Below are positions 19,388 through 24,000 of a DNA stretch of 24,000 nt, piece by piece. The stretch is from an uncultured Actinomycetes bacterium (lineage in GTDB: Bacteria > Actinomycetota > Thermoleophilia > UBA2241), in NCBI GenBank assembly GCA_963755025.1, contig CAVWIH010000011.1:65074-89073 (forward strand), written 5' to 3'. The stretch's first letter is position 1. Every line of letters starts with the position of its first letter. The position numbers and the translations under genes were made by a program. The notes under the pieces are model-generated. The model saw nothing but the letters and a program-made list of their open reading frames with translations, was not told the DNA's origin and searched no databases.

Positions 19388-20711
19388 CTACGACAGCTCG
19401 GCCAGGCGCAGCCGCTCGGTCGTGCTGCCCGCCTCGACCACCATGCTGCGGTGCGACACCATGAGCAGCAGCGCGACGAGCACGAGGTTGGCGGTGAGCG
19501 AGCTGCCGCCGTAGCTCACGAAGGGCAGCGTGATGCCGGTCAGCGGAATGAGGCGCGTGACGCCGCCCACGATGATGAAGCTCTGCAGGCCGAACACGGT
19601 GGCCAGGCCGGCCGCCAGCAGCTTGGAGAAGCCGTCGGTGGCGTGCAGCGCTATGTGGTAGCCGCGCCACGTGAAGAGCAGGTAGAGCAGGATGAGGCCG
19701 ATGCCGCCCACCAGGCCGAGCTCGTTGGCCACCGCGCTGAAGATGAAGTCGGTCTGCAGCTCGGGCACGGTCGGGCACGTGGTTGGCGTACAGCAGGTAA
19801 CCGCGGCCGAAGCCGGCCCCCACGAGGCCGCCGTCGGCGATGGCGAACAGCGACTGCAGGAGCTGATAGCCGCTGGTCGCGGCCGTGTGCCAGGGGTCGA
19901 GCCATATGGCGAAGCGTTCGTGCACGTGTGAGACGTACTGGTAGGCGCCGCCCGCCCCCACGGCGAACAGCACGGCGCCGGCGACCACGTAGGCGACCCT
20001 CGTGGTGGCCACGTAGAGCATGGCGATGAAGGTCGCCATGAACAGCAGCGACATGCCGAAGTCCTTCATGAAGACCAGCATGAACAGCGACAGCACCCAC
20101 ATGATGAGCAGCGGCCCGAAGTACTTGAGGGCCGGCACCGGCACGCCGGCAAGGCGCGCGGTGGGCACCGACAGCATCTCCTTGTTCTGGTTCAGGTAGC
20201 CGGCCAGAAAGATGACGATGGCGATCTTGGCGAACTCCGACGGCTGGATCGAAAAGCCCGCGACGCGCACCCACAGGCGGGCGCCGTTGACGCTCGTGCC
20301 GGCCACGATGGTGACGGCCAGCAGGGCCAGGCCGACCGCGCCGATGACGTAGCGGTAGAGGTCGAGGCGGTGGACGTCGCGCACCACGAGCACGGTGGCC
20401 ACAAAGAGCGCCACGCCGATCAGCAGCCACTCGCCCTGCTTCAGCGCGAGGGCGGGCGAGATGCGGTAGATCTCGGTGAGGCCGATGGCCGACAGCAGCG
20501 CCGCGATGGGCACGAGGTAGGGGTCGGCCTGCGCCAGGTAGCGGCGCTCGGCGACGTGGATCACGAGAAAAAGCACCAGGAAGATGACGCCGGTGACCAC
20601 CGAGTCGCGGCGCAAGTCGTGAAAGCGCGCCGCGTAGACCGAGGCATAGGCGACGGTCGCCGCCACGCCGACCAGCGCCAGCAGCGCCAGCTCGGCGTTG
20701 CGCCTGCTCAA
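19388..20711 (-). pseudogene. rodA: SEDS-family peptidoglycan glycosyltransferase (RodA/FtsW), frame-disrupted as written by a 10-bp near-tandem duplication at 19761..19780
   Basis: N-terminal part: TTG 20711..20709 (overlapping the pstP TGA) in the frame of track ORF 17883..20987, reading ...SIQPSEFAKIAIVIFLAGYL...GAGFGRGYLLYANHVP. C-terminal part: track ORF 19388..19768, reading (V)PELQTDFIFSAVANELGLVGG...LPFVSYGGSS. The total length of 1324 nt becomes 1314 nt (438 codons) if the 10 duplicated bases are removed. Confidence 0.85.
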
Positions 20712-22057
20712 GGCACGGCCTGCGCCTGACGCGCCAGCGCCAGCGCCGCCGCCTTGCGATGCAGGTCGTGCCGTTCGACCCGGGCGCGCACGCCGGGCGC
20801 CACCGCGACGAGCGGCATGGTGGTCTGCAGGTAGAGGCCGTTCAGGCGGATGCCGGCGACGCTCACGGGCAGGCCGCGATACACGCTGACCATGCCGTCG
20901 TGCTCGCCCACGAAGTAGACGTCGCTGGCGACCGCGCCGGCGGCGACGCAGAACAGGAGTAGCACGGCCACTGCGGCGGCGAGCCACAGGCGGCGCCGTC
21001 GGCGGCGCGGCGCGGGCGGAGCGCCGGCGGCGACGTCGTCGCCCGCGGCACCATCACCCGTGGCCGCGACGTCGGTTTCGGCGTCGTCACGCGTGGCGGC
21101 GACGTCGGATTCGGCGGCGTCTTCGGCGCCGCCGTCACCGGTGGCGCCGCCATCGTCGCCGTCGTCGGCGCCGCCCGCGCCCTCGTCGGCGTATCCGGGC
21201 GCGCCCGCGCCCTCGGCGTCGCCCGCCTCGGGGGAGAGATCGAGATCGCCTGTGGTCTCGTCGTCGAGCGCCGGCAGCGCCACGGTGGCGGCTTCGGCGC
21301 CGGCCACGGGCAGCGCCGCGGTGGCCGCCTCGGCGGCCGGCACGGCGTCGTCGGCCGCCTGGTCGAGGCGCAGCACGATGACGGTGATGTTGTCGTGGCC
21401 GCCCTCGTTCTTGGCTTCGCGAACAAGGCGGCGCGCCGCGCGCAGCGGGTCGTCGACGGCGGCGAGCACGGCGGCGATGGTGAGCTCGGGGACCATGGAG
21501 TACAGACCGTCGCTGCACAGCAGCAGGCCGTCGCCGGCGCGCAGCTCGACCTCGCCGCCGTCGACCTCGACGAGCGGTTCGGTGCCGAGCGCGCGGCTCA
21601 GGATGCTGCGCTGCGGGTGCGACAGGGCGGCCTCGCGGGTGAGGTGGCCCTCGCGCACCATCTCGCCGACCAGCGAGTGGTCGTCGGTGACCTGCTCGAG
21701 GGTCTCGTCGCGCCACAGGTAAAGGCGGCTGTCGCCGACGTGGGCGAACTCGAGGCGGTCGTCGTTGAGCAGGGCGGCGGTGAGGGTGGTGCCCATGCCG
21801 GCGCGCGCCCGGTCGGAGCGCGATTCGCGGTAGACGCGTTCGTTGGCGACCTGCGCGGCGTGGGCCAGCGTGGCGCCGTCGGCGAGGTCGGCGGCCAGCG
21901 CGTCGAGCGCCAGGTGCGAGGCGATCTCGCCGGCCTGGGCGCCGCCCATGCCGTCGGCCACGGCCACCAGGGGCAGCTCGTCGACGAAGGCGTCTTCGTT
22001 GCCCGACCTGTGAAGACCGATGTCGGTCAGCGCCGCGTGGCGGACGACGAGGGTCAC
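20708..22057 (-). CDS. pstP: PP2C-family Ser/Thr phosphatase with acidic linker, TM segment and extracytoplasmic domain
   Basis: 449-aa track ORF with a GTG start: HAALTDIGLHRSGNEDAF, VADGMGG, LLCSDGL, GGHDNITVIV. An Asp/Ala/Gly-rich linker follows, then RRRRRRLWLAAAVAVLLLFCVAAGAV (TM) and about 90 further residues. Confidence 0.9.
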   Translation of the reverse strand: MTLVVRHAALTDIGLHRSGNEDAFVDELPLVAVADGMGGAQAGEIASHLALDALAADLADGATLAHAAQVANERVYRESRSDRARAGMGTTLTAALLNDDRLEFAHVGDSRLYLWRDETLEQVTDDHSLVGEMVREGHLTREAALSHPQRSILSRALGTEPLVEVDGGEVELRAGDGLLLCSDGLYSMVPELTIAAVLAAVDDPLRAARRLVREAKNEGGHDNITVIVLRLDQAADDAVPAAEAATAALPVAGAEAATVALPALDDETTGDLDLSPEAGDAEGAGAPGYADEGAGGADDGDDGGATGDGGAEDAAESDVAATRDDAETDVAATGDGAAGDDVAAGAPPAPRRRRRRLWLAAAVAVLLLFCVAAGAVASDVYFVGEHDGMVSVYRGLPVSVAGIRLNGLYLQTTMPLVAVAPGVRARVERHDLHRKAAALALARQAQAVP

Positions 22058-22064
22058 GCTACGG

Positions 22065-22646
22065 TCACTCCTCGTAGCGGAAGATCGTCTCGCCGATACG
22101 CACTTCGGTGTCGAGCATGAGCTGTGCCTCGACCACCTCGCGGCCGTTGACGAAGGTGCCGTTGGTGCTGCCCAGGTCTTCGACGAAGTGCAACTGGCCG
22201 CGCGGCACGACGCGGGCGTGCGTCTGGCTGACGAAGGGGTCGTCGAGCACCAGGTCGCTCGACGGCGAGCGCCCGATCATGATCCAGCCCTCGAGCCTGA
22301 CGGTGGTGCCGACGGCCAGCACGGGGCTCGACTCGACCACGAGGCGGGGGTCGATGTGCGCCATGAGGTCGAGCGACTCGCCGGGCATGGTGCGCTCGGT
22401 CTGGCGCTGCTCGCGACGCTGGCGGCGCTCGGAGGGCGTGGCCACGGGCACGGCCGGCTCGATCGCCGTGAGCGACGCGGGTGACGGCCCCGGTCCGGGC
22501 GTGGGCGCGCGAGGCGGCGGCGCCTGGCGCGCCTCGCCGCCGCCCGAGCGCACGTCGCGCACGGTGCGGCGCACCACGAAGAAGACGAACAGGAACAGCA
22601 GGACGAGAAAGACGATCTTGAGGATGAAGAGCACGGTGTCTAGCAT
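22065..22646 (-). CDS. fhaB: FHA-domain protein with N-terminal TM segment (FhaB/FipA-like)
   Basis: ATG 22646 inside track ORF 22065..22919: MLDTVLFILKIVFLVLLFLFVFFVV... followed by a Pro-rich linker. C-terminal FHA: IGRSPSSDLVLDDPFVSQTHARVVPRGQLHFVEDLGSTNGTFVNGREV. The start overlaps the fhaA stop by 7 nt (ATGCTAG). Confidence 0.85.
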   Translation of the reverse strand: MLDTVLFILKIVFLVLLFLFVFFVVRRTVRDVRSGGGEARQAPPPRAPTPGPGPSPASLTAIEPAVPVATPSERRQRREQRQTERTMPGESLDLMAHIDPRLVVESSPVLAVGTTVRLEGWIMIGRSPSSDLVLDDPFVSQTHARVVPRGQLHFVEDLGSTNGTFVNGREVVEAQLMLDTEVRIGETIFRYEE

Positions 22647-23443
22647 GGCCTGGTCTCGAAGCTCAGGCTGGTGGTGCCGAGTTGCAGCCGGTCGCCATCG
22701 GCGAGCGCGACGCGTTTCACCTCCCGGCCATTGACGAGGATGCCGTTGGTCGACTCGAGGTCGACCACGACGTAACCGTCGGCCTCGCGGCGCACTTCGG
22801 CGTGGCGCCGCGACACGTTGGGGTCGTTGATGACGACGTCGCACTGGCGGCTGCGGCCCAGCACGGTGGCCGGGCCGTCGAGGCGGTAGACGCGCTCGCC
22901 GCGCACCAGCACGGCGCACAGGCGCTGCCCGGGCGCGACCGGCGCGGCCGCCGCGACGCCGGCGGCCGGCGGCTGAAAGACGATGGTCTGCGACAGGTTG
23001 GAGGGCGGCGCGGCCGGCGTGACGACCAGGCCGGTGGGCGGCGGCGTGACGGCCACGCCCGGCTCGGGAGCGCCCTGCGCGCCCATGTGGGCGGCGATGC
23101 CGAACTCGCCCAGGGCGAGGTCGTCGTCGGAGTGCAGCGATATGCGCGGCGTCGCGACGAGGGTCCAGCTCTCGCGGTTGGCGTAGGCCACGAGGTAGCT
23201 CGCCAGGTCTTCGACCAGCGGGCCCTCGAACGAGCTCAACTGCTCGTAGTCGGCCGGCGACAGGTAGACCTCGTACTCGCTGGGCACGTAGACGCGCGAG
23301 ACGCTGACCGTCTTGTGGTCGCTCATCTCCTTGGCCAGCTTGTGCGCCAGCTCGACCGGCTGCACGCTCGACTTGAAGGCGCGGCCGAACATGCCCTCGA
23401 CCATCTTCTCCATGTGCTTCTCGATCGACTTGAGTACGTTCAA
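22640..23443 (-). CDS. fhaA: FhaA-like protein (N-terminal DUF3662-type domain plus C-terminal FHA domain)
   Basis: 267-aa track ORF with a TTG start and GGGGAG 7 nt upstream: MNVLKSIEKHMEKMVEGMFGRAFKSSVQPVELAHKLAKEM...VPSEYEVYLSPADY. C-terminal FHA: LGRSRQCDVVINDPNVSRRHAEVRREADGYVVVDLESTNGILVNGREV. Confidence 0.85.
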   Translation of the reverse strand: MNVLKSIEKHMEKMVEGMFGRAFKSSVQPVELAHKLAKEMSDHKTVSVSRVYVPSEYEVYLSPADYEQLSSFEGPLVEDLASYLVAYANRESWTLVATPRISLHSDDDLALGEFGIAAHMGAQGAPEPGVAVTPPPTGLVVTPAAPPSNLSQTIVFQPPAAGVAAAAPVAPGQRLCAVLVRGERVYRLDGPATVLGRSRQCDVVINDPNVSRRHAEVRREADGYVVVDLESTNGILVNGREVKRVALADGDRLQLGTTSLSFETRPC

Positions 23444-23507
23444 GCGACGGCTCCCCGCGACGTGTCGGCCCGTGTCAGGCTGCGACTGAAAAGCCTACCA
23501 CAGGCTC

Positions 23508-24000
23508 TCAAGCTTGATCCCAGATAGGGTCGCCCTCGGGCACCGGTTCGCGGCGCTCGCCGGGGGTGACGGCGGCCAGCACCAGGCCGCTGGCCACGGC
23601 CGCGACCACGACGTTGGCGAGCAGCTCGTGCGAGGCCACCGGCAGCCGCCAGACCGTGACCGGTACGATCCAGCCCAGCAGGTAGAAGACGCTGAAGGCG
23701 AGCGACCACAGCCAGAGGCGCGCTTCGAGGCGCGGCAGGCGCAGGGCCACGGCCAGGGCCAGCGCCAGTCCGGCCCAGAGCGCCACCTGCAGCACGCAGG
23801 GCCAGGTGAGCAGCGCGCGGGCGGCGGCCACCAGCAGGGCGACCGGGTTGCCCTCGGTGCTCAGGCGCGCGGCCAGGAGCGTGGGCGCCTGGTAGCCGGC
23901 AAAGGCGGAGCGCGTGGCGGCGGAGAGGTCGACGACGAAGAAGGTGACGACCGCCGTCCAGGCGGCGGCCAGCGGGCCGCGGCGGCGGCCCAGGGCGGCC
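23508..24000 (-). CDS. hypothetical polytopic membrane protein, C-terminal part (5' end beyond window)
   Basis: My translation shows that the frame of track ORF 23508..23831 stays open to the window edge: ...AALGRRRGPLAAAWTAVVTFFVVDLSAATRSAFAGYQAPTLLAARLSTEGNPVALLVAAARALLTWPCVLQVALWAGLALALAVAL...FSVFYLLGWIVPVTVW...VVVAAVASGLVLAAV. Several hydrophobic spans; no recognisable family. Confidence 0.5.
   Translation of the reverse strand, partial: AALGRRRGPLAAAWTAVVTFFVVDLSAATRSAFAGYQAPTLLAARLSTEGNPVALLVAAARALLTWPCVLQVALWAGLALALAVALRLPRLEARLWLWSLAFSVFYLLGWIVPVTVWRLPVASHELLANVVVAAVASGLVLAAVTPGERREPVPEGDPIWDQA

Noticed and set aside
1-24000. Window-wide look for defence systems, toxin-antitoxin pairs, secondary-metabolite genes, prophage remnants, or rRNA and other structured RNA genes.
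   Set aside because: Every sizeable ORF is accounted for by housekeeping, envelope or transport families, or by small unknowns coupled to them. No nuclease, ATPase, methylase, phage or biosynthetic signatures were recognised, and no rRNA-like sequence.

Overview
Very GC-rich, gene-dense chromosomal segment. Gene content and order look like the core of an Actinomycetota-type genome; this is my inference, as no database was queried. I can support 24 protein-coding loci, one tRNA-Lys(CTT), one textbook intrinsic terminator, a few weak promoter candidates and several short tandem or direct repeats.

Left to right:
(i) A minus-strand inositol-lipid module downstream of tRNA-Lys: ino1 5' end, a PIP-synthase-type CDP-alcohol phosphatidyltransferase, and a PAP2/LPT-family membrane enzyme.
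(ii) A solitary copZ-like metallochaperone.
(iii) A housekeeping block: PSP1 (yaaT/ricT-like), holB, tmk, and a type IA topoisomerase.
(iv) A STAS anti-sigma antagonist, a TPR-like lipoprotein and an amidohydrolase.
(v) An Asp23-family protein plus a coupled unknown.
(vi) A soluble MgtE-N/CBS protein.
(vii) An AzgA/NCS2 purine permease and a CaCA exchanger on the plus strand.
(viii) The conserved cell-wall signalling cluster fhaA-fhaB-pstP-rodA-pbpA-pknB, then a partial membrane protein.

I found no transposase, integrase, CRISPR array or recognisable defence or toxin module.

The most striking direct observation is a series of frame disruptions in otherwise well-conserved, normally essential genes: three in the topoisomerase, one in holB, one in rodA, and probably one in PSP1. 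All are net +1. Most sit in short G/C runs, and the rodA one is a near-perfect 10-bp tandem duplication. Consensus or assembly indels are the parsimonious explanation, but this must be checked against reads.

I do not see convincing evidence for a wholly new multi-gene system. The best follow-up candidates are:
- the PAP2/LPT enzyme translationally coupled to the PIP synthase;
- the TopoIII/archaeal-like topoisomerase at the topA locus, with its repeat-rich upstream region;
- the Asp23-coupled Cys-x2-Cys-x-WW protein.
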